Origin: Mustelus asterias
Taxonomy: Eukaryota
Assembly (NCBI RefSeq): GCF_964213995.1
Contig: NC_135808.1
Span: 63,488,001-63,552,000 of the forward strand
Length of the DNA stretch: 64,000 nt
Direction of reading: 5' to 3'
The translations under genes and the position numbers were made by a program. Shown one piece after another: positions 49,408 to 61,235 of the stretch; position 1 is the stretch's first letter; each line of letters opens with the position of its first letter. The notes beneath the pieces were generated by a model, which worked only from the letters and a program-made list of their open reading frames with translations, did no database searches and was not told the origin of the DNA.

Positions 49408-49655
49408 TTTTAATTCACTCATGGTATGTGGGCATCGCTGGCTGGCCCAGGATTTATTGCCAATCCCGAACTACCCTTGAATTGAGGGCATTTAAGAGTC
49501 AATCACATTGCTGTGGATCTGTAGTCGGGTATAAGCCAGACCACATAAGGATTGCAGATTTTCTTCTCTAAAGGACATTGGTGAACCAGATGGGTTTTTA
49601 TAACAATTGACAATGGTTTCGTGTCATCATTAATTAGACTTTTAATTCCAGATTT
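49408..49655 (-). mobile_element. tRNA-headed SINE family B, 3' portion
   Basis: Reverse complement of 49775-50125. Confidence 0.75.
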
Positions 49656-49900
49656 TAGGGGAGGCAGTGGCATAGTGGTATTGTCACTGGACTAGTAATC
49701 CAGAGACCCAAAGTAATGCTCTGGGACCCGGGTTCGAATCCCACCACGGCAGATGGTGGAATTTTAATTCAATGAAAATCTGGAATTAAAAGTCTAATGA
49801 TGACCATGCAACCATTGTTAATTGTCATGACAATCCATTTGGTTCGCGAATGTCCTTTAGGGAAGGAAATCTGCCCTTACCTGGTCTGGCCTACGTGTGA

Positions 49901-50000
49901 CAGTAAGAAGTCTCACAACACCAGGTTAAAGTCCAACAGGTTTATTTGGTAGCAAACACCATAAGCTTTCGGAGCGCTGCCCCTTCGTCAGATGGAGTGG
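49901..50000 (-). mobile_element. Penelope-like single-arm fragment
   Basis: CAGTAAGAAGTCTCACAACACCAGGTTAAAGTCCAACAGG.., the same inverted arm as at 12059. Confidence 0.85.
49959..49995 (-). ncRNA. Complete minimal type I hammerhead ribozyme motif
   Basis: CCAU-CUGACGA-A-GGGGC-AGC-GCUCC-GAAA-GC-UU-AUGG. Stem I is CCAU/AUGG, stem II is GGGGC/GCUCC, stem III is the loopless palindrome AGCU, and the cleavage triplet is CUU. Confidence 0.72.
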
Positions 50001-51418
50001 TCCCCCCAGCAATGTTACTGACATTTAAAATGCTCTCTGAAATGGCCTAGCCAGCACTCAGTTCAAGGGCAATTAGGGATGGGCAACAAATGCTTTGCAG
50101 CGATGCACACATCCCATGAAAGAACAGTTAAAAAAATCTGTTTTATTGGATTCAAATTTTACCATCTGCCCAGCATTCTCCTGGGTTTCTGGATTATTAG
50201 TCCAGTGACAATACCACTATAACATGGCTCAGAAACAAAGATCCTACCCACTGCACCAGAAGACCTCCTTGGGTAAACAGATTGAATTCATTCTACATCT
50301 TTTGACACTGATGGTTGATGGCAAAGAATCCACAGGAGAAGAACCTACTGCTTTGGTGCTGAAAGGCCAGGCTTGAGAGCTGCAGCAATTATTTCCCTGG
50401 CTGTTTTCCTAATCTCCACCATCATCCTCCCCCCCACCTCATCCACCCCCACCCCCTGCTGTTGTAGCGCACCTGAAAGAATGATTGGGACCTTGTAAAC
50501 TCGATGTAAAACAGTTGTTATAGCCGGACATTAGGGATCCCATTCTGATAAGGTTACCCGCTCTTATTGCGGTTGTTAACTCACTCAGATTGTCCTGTAG
50601 CCTCCAGGAGTTAAAGATCCAGGACACGGCTACAAGGAAACCAGGAGAAAAATGAAAGTTGCTTTTTTTTTTCATTTTCTTAAGCATTTCTGTTTATGAT
50701 TATATTAATACTGCAGAAGATGGTCGAAGCATTTGGAGGCAGGCTGACCCGTGATGAAGATTCCAGGAATACGTTTGCGAACGGACAACTCAATGATTAA
50801 TGCGAGAATAATGTTATCGGAATTTTTTAAACATAGGAATTCAATGAATAAGGCTTGAGCATGAAATTGTCATGACATAATGTAATTTTACAGACAATAT
50901 TTAATAAAGGTCCTCATATGAATGTGATGGTTAAACTGAGATGACGGGAGATCAAAGTTAAACTACTAAATTGGACTGTTAATTAGTTCTAAATCAAGAA
51001 ATATAACATTGTTGGTTATTGTGTTAGATTCAATTGAGTCCTTGTAACTATCAAGTCCATCTGGGATCAGTGCTTGAATTTCTACCATTCATTATATTCA
51101 TTTGTGACCTTGGTGAAGGCACTGCTGATGGAGGGCTGAGGTGTGCACCATTTTCCAGTATTTTCTACCATTGGCAGAACCACTGCAGGCATTCAATCTT
51201 TTAACATTTACTACATTGTGGATGAGTTTACAAATCCTGCCCCAATCCTGTTCTCTGAACCACTATTGAGCTCAATGGTCCATTAACAAATCTGACAGAC
51301 ACTTTTTATGTATTAGAGATTCACCGGTGATATTGCCAAGACCATCTTCAGTGCTTCAGTTTCTACTTGGCTAAAATAAATGGCATTTGAAGTTAGCTTT
51401 TGTCTGTACTCACCAGCA

Positions 51419-51705
51419 TTAGTGCTGTGTCTTGTCAGAACTGGGGAGTATTAATGCTGTGTATTGCCTGAATTGGGGAGTGTTAGTGTTGTGTATTGTC
51501 TGAACTGGGGAGTGTTAATGCAGTGTATTGTCTGAATTGGGGAGTGTTAATGTTGTGTATTGTCTGAATTGGGGAGTGTTAATGTTGTGTATTGTCTGAA
51601 TTGGGGAATGTTAGTGCTGTGTATTGTCTAATTTGGCGGTGTTAGTGCTGTGTATTGTCTGAATTGGGGAATGTTAGCGCTGTGTATTGTCTGAATTGGG
51701 GAGTT
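51419..51705 (+). repeat. Minisatellite, 32-bp unit (GTGTTAATGTTGTGTATTGTCTGAATTGGGGA) x~9
   Basis: Period 32 with no spacers. Confidence 0.93.
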
Positions 51706-51878
51706 TATGCACAGCAAATTGTAAGAATTCTGAGGGTTTGTGCTTGCCATTGGTATCATTGCATAAAGCTGAACTGCCTGTCTCCTCCACTCAAACGGTA
51801 AAACTATCCAGGCGATCTGCTGCTCGAATTGTCTGGACCTGCCGAAAGGCAGTGGATGTTTCGCTATGCCACCTTGTG

Positions 51879-52212
51879 GGCGGCACGGTTGCACACTGTT
51901 TAGCACTGCTGCATCACAGCTCCAGAGACCTGTCTGTGCGAAGTCTCCCCGTGTCTGTGTGTGTTTCCTCCGGGTGTTGTGGTTTCCTCCCACACTCCAA
52001 AGATGTGCAGGTTAGTTGGATTGGCCATGCTAAATTGCCCCTTACCGTCCCAAGATGTGTAGGTTAAATGGATTAGCCATGTTAAATGTGTGGGGTTACA
52101 GGGATAGAGTGGGAGAGTGGGCCTGGGTAAGACCTCTGTCAGAGATTCAGTGCAGAATGATGGGCCAAATGGCCTCTTCTGCACTGTAGGGATTCTATGA
52201 TTCTATGATTCT
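51879..52212 (+). mobile_element. HE1-type SINE with internal deletions
   Basis: Head partly deleted (B box missing); core and (ATTCTATG)n tail present. Confidence 0.88.
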
Positions 52213-52354
52213 CATCCCCTGTGGTGGATCCGGTCGCAACTGGGCCAGAAAATCCTGACCAAAGTAGCGTAACCAATTGACCAAGAACTGGAAAATGGGG
52301 TTAGGCTGGATTGATATTTTTCATTCAATGAGATGAATAGCCTTTCTCTGTGTT

Positions 52355-53797
52355 GCAAATTGCTATGTTCTTCGAAGATGTAACAAGCAAAATAGATCAT
52401 GGGGAATCTGTAGATACATTATATCTGGCCTTCCAGAAGGCATTTGATAAGGTGCTGCACAAAAGGTTAATACACAATTGTAAAGTTCTAACTATGTTAG
52501 GAGTTGTGAGGTTTACACAAAAAAGACATGGCTTGCATCAGTAAATTCAAGCTAACAACAGCAGCTTTATTCCAGGAGGTCTTGTCTGTACACAGTACCA
52601 ACTGAAAATAAAACAGCACACTGTGCAAACACCTTAATGGCATAACCAACAAATCAAGTGTTCAGCTCTTAAAGCAACCTGCAACCCTTTTAAATATATA
52701 ACAAGGAAAGATCACATGAGATTAGGGGTAATCTATTAATTTGGATAGAGGACAGGCTAACTGACAGAAAGCAGAGAGTTGGGGTGGATGGGTCGTTTTC
52801 TGGTTCGCAAGACATAAATAGTGGGGTGCTACAGTGTTCGGTCTTTGGGCCTCAACTATTTACAATCTATATTAATGACTTAAATGCAGGGTTAGAAGGT
52901 ACTACAGCAAAATTTGCAGGTGACATTAAAATAAGTGGGATAGTAAGTTGCAATAAAGAATTAAGAAGTTTACAAATGGATATGGATAAGTTAGGTTAAT
53001 GGGCCAAAATGTGACAGATAGAGTTTAACATGGATAAGTGTGTGGTTCGACAATTTGGTCAGAATAATAGAAAGGCAATTTATTATCTAAATGGAGAAAA
53101 ACTTTGGAGTGCTTCAGTGCAAAGAGATCTGGGTGTCCTCGTGCAAGAGTCGCAGCAAATTGATACGCAGGTACAGCAGGTAATTAGGAAGGCAAATGTA
53201 AACCTCGCATTTATAGCTAAAGAAATAGAGTATAAAAGTATGTAAATGTTGCTGCAGCTGTACAAGCCATAAGTGAGACTGCACCTGGAGTATTATGTAG
53301 AGTTTTGGTCCCCTTACTTGAGGAGGGATGTAGGAGGCAGTTCAGAGGAGGTTCACTAGATTGATTCCAGAGATGGCAGGTATGTCTTATGAAGAGAGAT
53401 TGAAAAATCTAGGACTAACTTCTCTGGAGTTTAGAAGAATGAGTGATGATCTAATTGAGGTATATGAAATGACAAAGAGGATTGACAAAGTAGACCTAGA
53501 GAGGATGTTTCCTCTTGTGGGGCAATCTAGAACAAGAGGTCATAGTTTTAGGGAAAGGGGCAGCAGATTTAAAATAGAAATGAAAAACTACTTTCCTCAA
53601 AGAGTGTTGAATCTGTGGAATTCACTGCCCCAGGACATTGAGTAAATTTGAGGAGCTAGATAGATTTTAATTAGTAATGGGTTGAAGGGTTATGGAGAAC
53701 GGGCAGGAAAGTGGAGTTGAGGCGGATAGGAGATCAGCCATGATGGAGCAGGCTCGAGAGGCTGAACTGCCTACTCCTGTTGCTAGTTCTTATGTTC
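52355..53797 (+). mobile_element. Decayed CR1 LINE RT and 3' end
   Basis: FFEDVTSKIDHGESVD.LYLAFQKAFDKV.H, then SGV.Q.SVFGP.LFTIYINDL, then WNSLP; several stops. Confidence 0.92.
52479..52703 (-). mobile_element. ~220-bp insertion in the CR1, possibly a solo LTR
   Basis: Interrupts the CR1 RT frame. TGT(TA)..TAACA ends and an AATAAA on the minus strand; no clean TSD. Confidence 0.35.
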
Positions 53798-54202
53798 TGA
53801 TTCAATTAATGCATAATTAATTTGTGTCACCTTCTATAAAGGATTAGTTGTTAATTTTTTTATAGTATGCTGTTTTAGAAATAGCTATTTTGTGTAAAAA
53901 CTGTTCCTGTTAAAGAACCCCTCATTTATCTTATTCAAAGAATCATTCCATTGATAGTGGAGAATTAGACTTAAACACTTTGCCTTCAATATGTGACTTC
54001 TTGTGGAGAAGAGCATTTGTATATGTTTACTTAAAATGTCTTGAAGGTATACAGATTATTCATGCTTCTCAGTGAATAAATGCTGACTAAGTATAAAGTG
54101 ACTATTATAAAGATACCTTAAATGCGCCCTTTCCTCTATTCTCCCTCTAACTTTGCATGTGTATATAGAGCTGTTAAGTCACTATATATGTTATCCACAC
54201 AA

Positions 54203-54323
54203 TGGGCAGAAATTTCCCTTTCCCCCCACCATGGGAATCGTAGCGGATGGGACAGGACCAAGCAAAGGACCTTAGGCAGGATTTTCCAGTCTTGGGACGA
54301 GCGCGGCCGGAAAATCCCACCCT
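54203..54323. mobile_element. Short Harbinger-like MITE
   Basis: GGGCAGAAATTTCC ... GGAAAATCCCACCC. Confidence 0.5.
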
Positions 54324-54349
54324 ATATATAGAAGCGTAGGATGATACTG

Positions 54350-54900
54350 GCTCTTTGGTAGAGTTATCCAATTAATCTCACTCTTATGTTCTTTCTCCAT
54401 AGTCCGGTAAATCTTACCCTGTCAAGTATTCAGCCAGTTCCCTTTTGAAGGATGCTGTTGAATCACCTTCTGCCACATTTCGGGCAATGCATTCCAGATC
54501 ATAACTCACCATGTAAGAAAATGTTTCCACGCGCCACCTCTCGCCCTTTTGCCAGTCACTTTAAATATGTGCCCTCTGGACATGAACCCTTTCTGCCTCT
54601 GGAAACCGCGTCTTTTTTAGTTTACTCTTATCGAAACATGCCATAGTTTTGAACATAAAATCTCCCCGTAACCTTTTTTTTGTCCTAAAGAGAATAACTG
54701 CAGTTCCTCTAATCTCTCCACATAATCGCAAACTGTCTTCCTTGCTACCAGCTTTGTAAATCGACTCTGCACCTTCTTCAAGGCCTTGATCTCCTTTCTA
54801 AAGTGTGGTGCTGCTATTCAGCCATTGTAGTCCAGTTGGGGCCTCACCTGCATCGTATAAAGGTTTAGCATAACTTCCTTGACTTTGCATTCTGTACTTC
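54350..54900 (-). mobile_element. Highly decayed CR1 3' end
   Basis: Remnants of the SYAKPLY..L and WNALP region on the minus strand. Confidence 0.55.
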
Positions 54901-55719
54901 TCTTTAGGGTCCTGGATATTTTTGTGTGCAGGGTGTACACTATGCCGATATGCTTGTACACCCTTAAGGGATCGTAATTGAATGGTGCCTACATATTTAA
55001 GGATCACGGTATGTTCTTGTTGGTAGATATGGTGAATAACTGAGCTGGGGTATCTGGAATCATCCCTATCCTATTGGACACAGTGAAATTCAATACCTTG
55101 GATTTGTGTGTCAATTTTTTCTTTTGACATTTGGGGTTGCAAAATATTAGCTGTGGTCCTATGTTTAGATCCATTGCATGTGTTTGTGAGTTTCTTATTA
55201 CTTTGGAAGACTCCCATAGAGTAAACAACATTAACAATGTACAAGCTGATCACCACTTTGCAATGATACACCCAGTAAGTACCCAAGAAGTAAAGTCATT
55301 AATCCATTGCCGAAGGCAGCTATTCATTAGTTTGTGAAGGGGTTGCAAAGAAAATCATTACACTCCCTAGGAATAGGTCTATAATATGGCAACAATCAGA
55401 GGTCATTATGAATTCACTCAATACAATCATGCTGGTTATACTTAAGCTCTGACAAAAGAATTATCACAGAGGGGCACAGTACCTGATAACTGCAAACAGA
55501 TGATCGATTATTTTTGTGCAATGCACTTCTTTATGCTAATCCATAACGGATCAATTGTAACACTTCATTCATGGCTTAAAAATAACACCATGATAATGCC
55601 ATGTAATGATCAAGGAAAGGTCATTTTGTTCACCTCTTCTAAACCATTTTCAAATTTACAACTATCTTGCCTTTGGCCTGCCATTGACCATGACAATGCA
55701 CAATTTCTCTCCCCCCCCA

Positions 55720-56420
55720 CCTCACACAATTTCCACCCTCCCCCCTCCCCTCGCCTACATGTTAGATGTCCTGCCACCATTATTCTTTCTCACCCTAACC
55801 AGTGACCCTCATCCTTGTTCCCTTAAATGCAAGGCATCATCAGGTTCATCTTGAACTGCTCACCAGACCGGGATCCTTGTGCAATGCAAAGATCACCTGG
55901 ATTCTTTCCCCCGCTACAAATTATGTTCTCAAACTTCTCTCCCCTGTCCCCTCCACTTTCATCTCCAACAACAAGTGCAAAGATCTTTGTCAGTAAAGAC
56001 CCAGACTATCTATGGAGTGGCATCTCCTACTTCCCTCCATTCCCCTAGTCCGCCAGTCCAAATCTCCTTTAAGATTCTCCCCTGACCTAGCCTTAAACAC
56101 ACAAGTTCCTCCATTTTCGCTTCCCTCTCTCCTCCTGTCCCTTTCACACTCATCTCATCTGAAACTCGCCTCCTGCTCCCTCAGCCTTATTCCTAGCAAA
56201 CTGCTGACCATCCAACCTCCCTTTCTGGTCCCGCATTAGCTGATGTTGATAATAGTTCTCTCTTTTCTGTTATGGATCCTTCCCCTTCCAATCTGCCGTC
56301 ATCTCCTCACTCATTAAAAAAAAAACAACCCTTCACGCTATCATCCACAAATGCAACATGTATGCTGACGACACCTTCTTTGGCCTCACCACTACTTATT
56401 TTGACATGTGCACTGTCTCA
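55720..56420 (+). mobile_element. Decayed L2 LINE ORF2 fragment
   Basis: SCSLSLIPSKLL..P..F.SAVIS.LIKKKTTL, and later MYADDT at ~56358. Confidence 0.7.
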
Positions 56421-56799
56421 GGAGTAGGGAGCCCATCAGGGGGTGTGAATTGGACTGGAGACCTTCGCTTGTGTTGTAAAGCCACTGACACTGGTTCTTC
56501 TTGAGATCTCGCTTCAATAGGGGCTCTTCCGCTTCCATTTTGGAATACGTGTCCTCATCACCTAGAGAGGCAGACGTGGGGCTGACTTCCAGTCGTGGCT
56601 CGGTGCTGGCAGTGATACTGAAGCCTGCACTGGCACGGACTTCCTACTCCTGAGATGGTCCAGATGTTTCCTGACATTTTTGGACCGTATAAACCACAGA
56701 TGGCCCTGTTTTCTCCATTATCATCCCAGGGACCAACTGAGGCCAATCCCGAAGTTTCTCATGTGGACTGGGCCACTGGTTTTGAATGTTCTTTCTGTT

Positions 56800-56960
56800 A
56801 AGTGCATTGACCGTGCTAAATTGTCCCTTTCCCAGGATGTATAGGTTAGGGGAATTAGTGGGGTGAATATGTGGGGTTACGGGGATAGGGCCTGAGTGAA
56901 AGCTCTGTTGGAGAGTCGATGCAGATGGGCCGAATGACTTCCTTCTGCACTGTAGGGATT
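56800..56960 (+). mobile_element. HE1-type SINE 3' half
   Basis: GCTAAATTGTCCCTT..GGGGTTACGGGGATAGGGCCTG..CCTTCTGCACTGTAGGGATT. Confidence 0.85.
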
Positions 56961-57728
56961 GGTTAGAACATTGAATAGAGGAATTCGAACATCTTGTTGA
57001 AGTTGTAATTGGTCGGAACATTGAATACACGAGTTTGCACGTCTTGTTGAAGTTATAATTGGTCAGAACATTGAATACAGGATTTCGTACGTCTTGTTGA
57101 AGTTGTAATTAGTCAGGACATTGAATACAGGAGTTTATATGTCTTGTTGAATTTGTACAAGACATTGGTAAGGCCACACTTGGAATAATGTGTACAGTTC
57201 TGGTCCTATTATAGAAAGGATATTATTAAACTAGAAAGAGTGCAGAAAAGATTTACTAGGATGCTACCGGAATTTGATGGTTTGAGTTATAAGGAGAAGT
57301 TGGATATACTGGGACTTTTTTCTCTGGAGCGAAGGAGGCTTAGGTGTGATCTTAGAGAGGTCTATAAAGTAATGAGGGGCATAGATCAGCTAGATAGTCA
57401 ATATCTTTTCCCAAAGGTATGGGAGTCTAAAACTAGAGGGCATAGGTTTAAGGTGAGAGGGGAGAGATACAAAAGGATCCAGAGGGGCAATTCTTTCACC
57501 CAGAGGGTGGTGAGTGTCTGGAACAAGCTGCCAGAGGTAGTAGTAGAGACGGGTACAACTTTGTCTTTTAAAAAGCATTTAGACAGTTACATGGATAAGA
57601 TGGATATAGAGGGATATGGGCCAAACGCGGGCAATTGGGACTAGCTTAGGGGTTAAAAGAAAGGGGCGGCATGGACAAGTTGGGCCGAAGGGCCTGTTTC
57701 CATGCTGTAAACCTCTATGACTCTATGA
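56959..57728 (+). mobile_element. 5'-truncated CR1 LINE whose 5' end is a 4x 50-bp tandem
   Basis: ACATTGAATA recurs at 56968, 57018, 57068 and 57118, then [16 protein letters not shown] and tail CTCTATGACTCTATG. Confidence 0.92.
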
Positions 57729-57797
57729 GGGATTCTATGATTCTATTCCCTATGATGAGTGCCTAGCTGGCTGCCAGCACTTTTCCTCATGCTCTAA

Positions 57798-58585
57798 TAC
57801 ATAGATAAGATGCAAGACTGGGCGGAGAAGTGGCAGATAGACTTCAACCCAGATAAGTGTGTGGTGGTTCATTTTGGCAGGTCGAATAGGATGGAAGAAT
57901 ATAATATTAAGGGTAAGGCGCTTGGCAGTGTGAAAGAACAGAAGGATCTTGGGGTCCGGGTTCATAGGACGCTCAAAGTGGCGTCGCAGGTAGAGGCTGT
58001 GGTTAAGAAGGCGTATGGAATACTGGCCTTCATCAATAGAGGACCCTGGTCAGACCCCACCTGGAGTACTGTGCCCAGTTCTGGTCGCCTCATTACAGAA
58101 AGGATGTGGAAGCCATAGAATGGGTGCAGAGGAGATTTCGAGGATGTTGCCGGGATTAAGTGGTATGCCTTATGAGGATAGGTTGAGAGAGCTAGGTCTA
58201 TTCTCCTTGGAGAGGCGAAGGATGAGAGGTGACCTGATAGAGGTGTATAAGATGTTGAGAGGTATTGATAGAGTGGATTCTCAGAGGCTTTTACCCAGGG
58301 CTGAAATGGTTGTCACGAGAGGCCACAGGTTTAGGGTGCTGGGGAATAGGTATAGAGGAGATGTTAGGGGTAAGTTTTTCACTCAGAGGGTGGTGGGTGC
58401 GTGGAATCGGCTGCCAGTAGTGGTGGTGGAAGCAGATTCGATTGAGTCTTTTAAGAGACTTTTGGATAGGTTCATGGAGGTTAGTAAGATAGAGGGTTAT
58501 AGATGAGCCTAGAAGGTAAGGAAATTGTTCGGCGCAACTTGTGGGCCGAAGGGCCTGTTTGTGCTGCAGCTTTTCTATGTTCTTA
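57798..58585 (+). mobile_element. 5'-truncated CR1 LINE with an internal deletion
   Basis: MQDWAEKWQIDFNPDKC..AFINR(deletion)[21 protein letters not shown]. Related to the 39.0-40.1 kb copy. Confidence 0.92.
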
Positions 58586-58894
58586 TAGAATGGATATGGA
58601 TGAATGGTTCACACACAATACTAATTACAAATAGCGCCATTTCAAATAGTGTTTCTGACTTTTCTGAGCACGCCTGTCTGCAAGCCTCAAGGATAGTAAG
58701 CATGGTTAAACTCCCAGCATGGTCCAAACTAATTATCTTACACTTGTTGGTCACCAGGGGATTTGATCAGTTGGGCTGTAGGTTGAAGTTTCTTCCTGAT
58801 ACCTCAAACAACATCATCAAGAACATCATCCGATCATTCTGTTTGTGTGTGAGTTGGCTGCTATATTTTCCTGTAGGTAAAGTCACCATAATCG

Positions 58895-59086
58895 CAGGTG
58901 ACCTAGGCTGCTCATCCCTGTCGAGGGGGAGAGCTGACTGGTGATGATTTAACCTGAGGGTCAGCACACCTCAGGCAAGGGGCAAGGTTGAGAAGGCGGC
59001 GCCTTCATGAATAATCTCAGCCAGTACGGGAATTGAACCCACGCTGTTGGCATCACTCTGCATCACAAACCAGCCGTCCAGACAAA
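58895..59086 (-). mobile_element. tRNA-headed SINE family C
   Basis: Minus strand CTGGACGGCTGGTTTGTGATGCAGAGTGATGCCAACAGCGTGGGTTCAATTCCCGTAC with a B box; body unrelated to HE1. Confidence 0.6.
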
Positions 59087-59784
59087 TATATTTTCATGTA
59101 TTACAATGTTACTACATTTCAATATTCCTTCATTGACTGTAAGGCACTTTAACATGTCCCAAGATTGTGAAAGGTGCTATTTAAATACAAAACCTTTTAC
59201 CTTTCTGTAGTATTTTGCCTGGAAGTATGAATTATGACAAATTCAATTTGCTAAACTCACGGAACAAGAAGTACAAAACCCACTGCTAGGGGATAAGGCA
59301 GGTGTGGAAAACCAATCTATATTTCAGTGACAAGAATTATCTACATCACACTGAAAAGACAAGATTAATTTCCCAAATATTTGTCATTGTTTATGTGTAA
59401 AATTATTTCTGCATTCCATCACTATTGATTCTATTTCTTCAATCCTAATGACATTTTGAAGTTGTCTGAAGATTCTTATTGGGCTACACAGTGCACAATG
59501 GATATTAATCCAGCGTTTTCCAGAATTTCTTCTTCTCACACTGTTATTATTAATTGTCAGCACAAGTCTGCAGAAGTCCCTCAAAGAATAGACCCCTGGA
59601 AGAGCAATCTGGTAGTCTAACTTTAGCAGTGTGGAGAATTGGGCTTCAATCAAGACTATCGGCACGATAGTCAATGTCAGAGATTTCCAGGTGTCCCTTT
59701 GTTAATTCTCTGTTTGGCCTCTGGGGGGAGGGAGGCGGAGGGGTTCAAGGCAGTAGAGAGAATGGAACTGGCTCAGGTCACTCC

Positions 59785-59934
59785 AAGAAGTCTCACAACA
59801 CCAGGTTAAAGTCCAACAGGTTTATTTGGTAGCAAATACCATATTTGCTACCAAATAAACCTGTTGGACTTTAACCTGGTGTTGTGAGACTTCTTACTGT
59901 GCTTACCCCAGTCCAACGCCAGCATCTCCACATC
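59785..59934 (+). mobile_element. Penelope-like hairpin element (54-bp arms, no HHR) with TSD
   Basis: Arms 59785-59838 and 59842-59895, loop CCA, tail to 59934. TCAGGTCACTC at 59773-59783 and 59933-59943. Confidence 0.88.
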
Positions 59935-60286
59935 AGGTCACTCAGCCAGACCAGCAGCAAATTGGAAAACAGCTCCCCTCTGCTCCTCCCCATGTGTCTG
60001 ACAACAGATAGACAGATGGTGTTCAAACCTCCCTACAATTCTTATGATTTGTTTTAAAGGGACCACACATCCCTTTAAAACATGCCTTATTTAAATGAAT
60101 TGATACAGCACCATCAACACTTAGCGCATTGGTCACTTCTGCAGTTGGACCAGTGAAATATTGAGTTTAACTGTGCTTGCCAGCATATTACGGTGAATAA
60201 GTCATTGCTATTGACTGACATTGTGCTGTTGTCTCACAATGAAAGAAGTAAACACGTTTTTGTTTGAACTTTATTTTTAAATTTCT

Positions 60287-60572
60287 GGTTAGCACTGCTG
60301 CCTCACAGCGCCAGGGACCCGGGTTCGATTCCCGGCTTGAGTCACTATCTATGCGGAGTCTGCATGTTCTCCCTGTGTCTGCGTGGATTTCCTCCGGGTG
60401 CTCCGGTTTCCTCTCACAGTCTAAAAGACGTTCTGGTTAGGTACATTGACCATACTAATTCTCCCTCAGTGTACCCGAACAGGCGCTGGAGTGTGGCATC
60501 TAGGGGATTTTCACAATTACTTCATTGCAGTGTTTACGTAAGCCTTCTTGTGACACTAATAAATAAACTTTT
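60287..60572 (+). mobile_element. HE1-headed SINE with alternative 3' tail
   Basis: Tail ..CTAGGGGATTTTCACAATTACTTCATTGCAGTG..TTGTGACACTAATAAATAAAC. A solo tail fragment also lies at 61826-61895. Confidence 0.85.
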
Positions 60573-60929
60573 ACTTGTTAAAACTTTAAACCCTCAACCC
60601 TCCCCCCCAAAAAATGATGTTACTGATGATGGTAATGGTGAAGATTAAAACCTTAATGAAAGCAGTCAATAGAGGAAAGGAATAGACAAAGATTCCTCAC
60701 TGATGTTTACATTTTAATCTCTGAGTTTGGATGAACAAAATTATTCTAAATTCCACTTAATATTATCAAATTATCAATTCTAAATTGATAATGATGTAAA
60801 CAGTAAATTGAGCCACCAAACAGAGTGTCATGGAGTGATCCCAAGGGAATGTTAATATCTCATCTAATGACCTTTGAAGGAATCTCGTTGTACAGACTGG
60901 CAGGAATAATTTCATGCTCTCTTACAAAT

Positions 60930-61235
60930 ATCATAGAATTCCGACAGTGCAGAAAGAGGCCATTTGGCCCATCGAGTCTGCACCGACAACAATTCCATCC
61001 CGGGCCTATCCCCACATATTTACCCTGCTAATCTCCCTGATACTAAGGGGCAATTTAGCATGAGCAACCTAATCCAGGCATCTTTAGATTGTGGGAAGAA
61101 ACTGAAGCACCAGGAGAAAACCCATGTAGACATGGGAGAATGTGCAAACCCCACACAGTCACCCGAGGCCGGAATTGAACCTGGGTCCTGGCGCTGTGAG
61201 GCAGCAGTGCTAACCACTGTGCCACTGTGCTGCCC
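60930..61235 (-). mobile_element. HE1-type SINE
   Basis: A/B boxes, core and tail on the minus strand. Confidence 0.9.

Larger units (their letters stand above)
49658..50135 (+). mobile_element. tRNA-headed SINE family B (interrupted by a PLE fragment)
   Basis: A box GTGGCATAGTGG, B box GGTTCGAATCC. Tail AAGGGCAATTAGGGATGGGCAACAAATGC is shared with the LINE family at 4378/24745/40118. Confidence 0.8.

Noticed and set aside
49658-49750. tRNA gene
   Set aside because: A/B boxes are present, but there is no closed cloverleaf and the sequence continues into a SINE body. The same applies to the HE1 heads.
51419-51705. 32-bp repeats as a CRISPR array
   Set aside because: The units are contiguous with no unique spacers, there are no cas genes, and the context is a vertebrate intron.
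54047-54075. AG|GT ATA CAG (GIQ) resembling the start of exon 6
   Set aside because: There is a stop after 9 codons, no further similarity, and a poor pyrimidine tract.
59384-59674. 96-aa minus-strand ORF
   Set aside because: No recognisable domain or splice context; compatible with chance.
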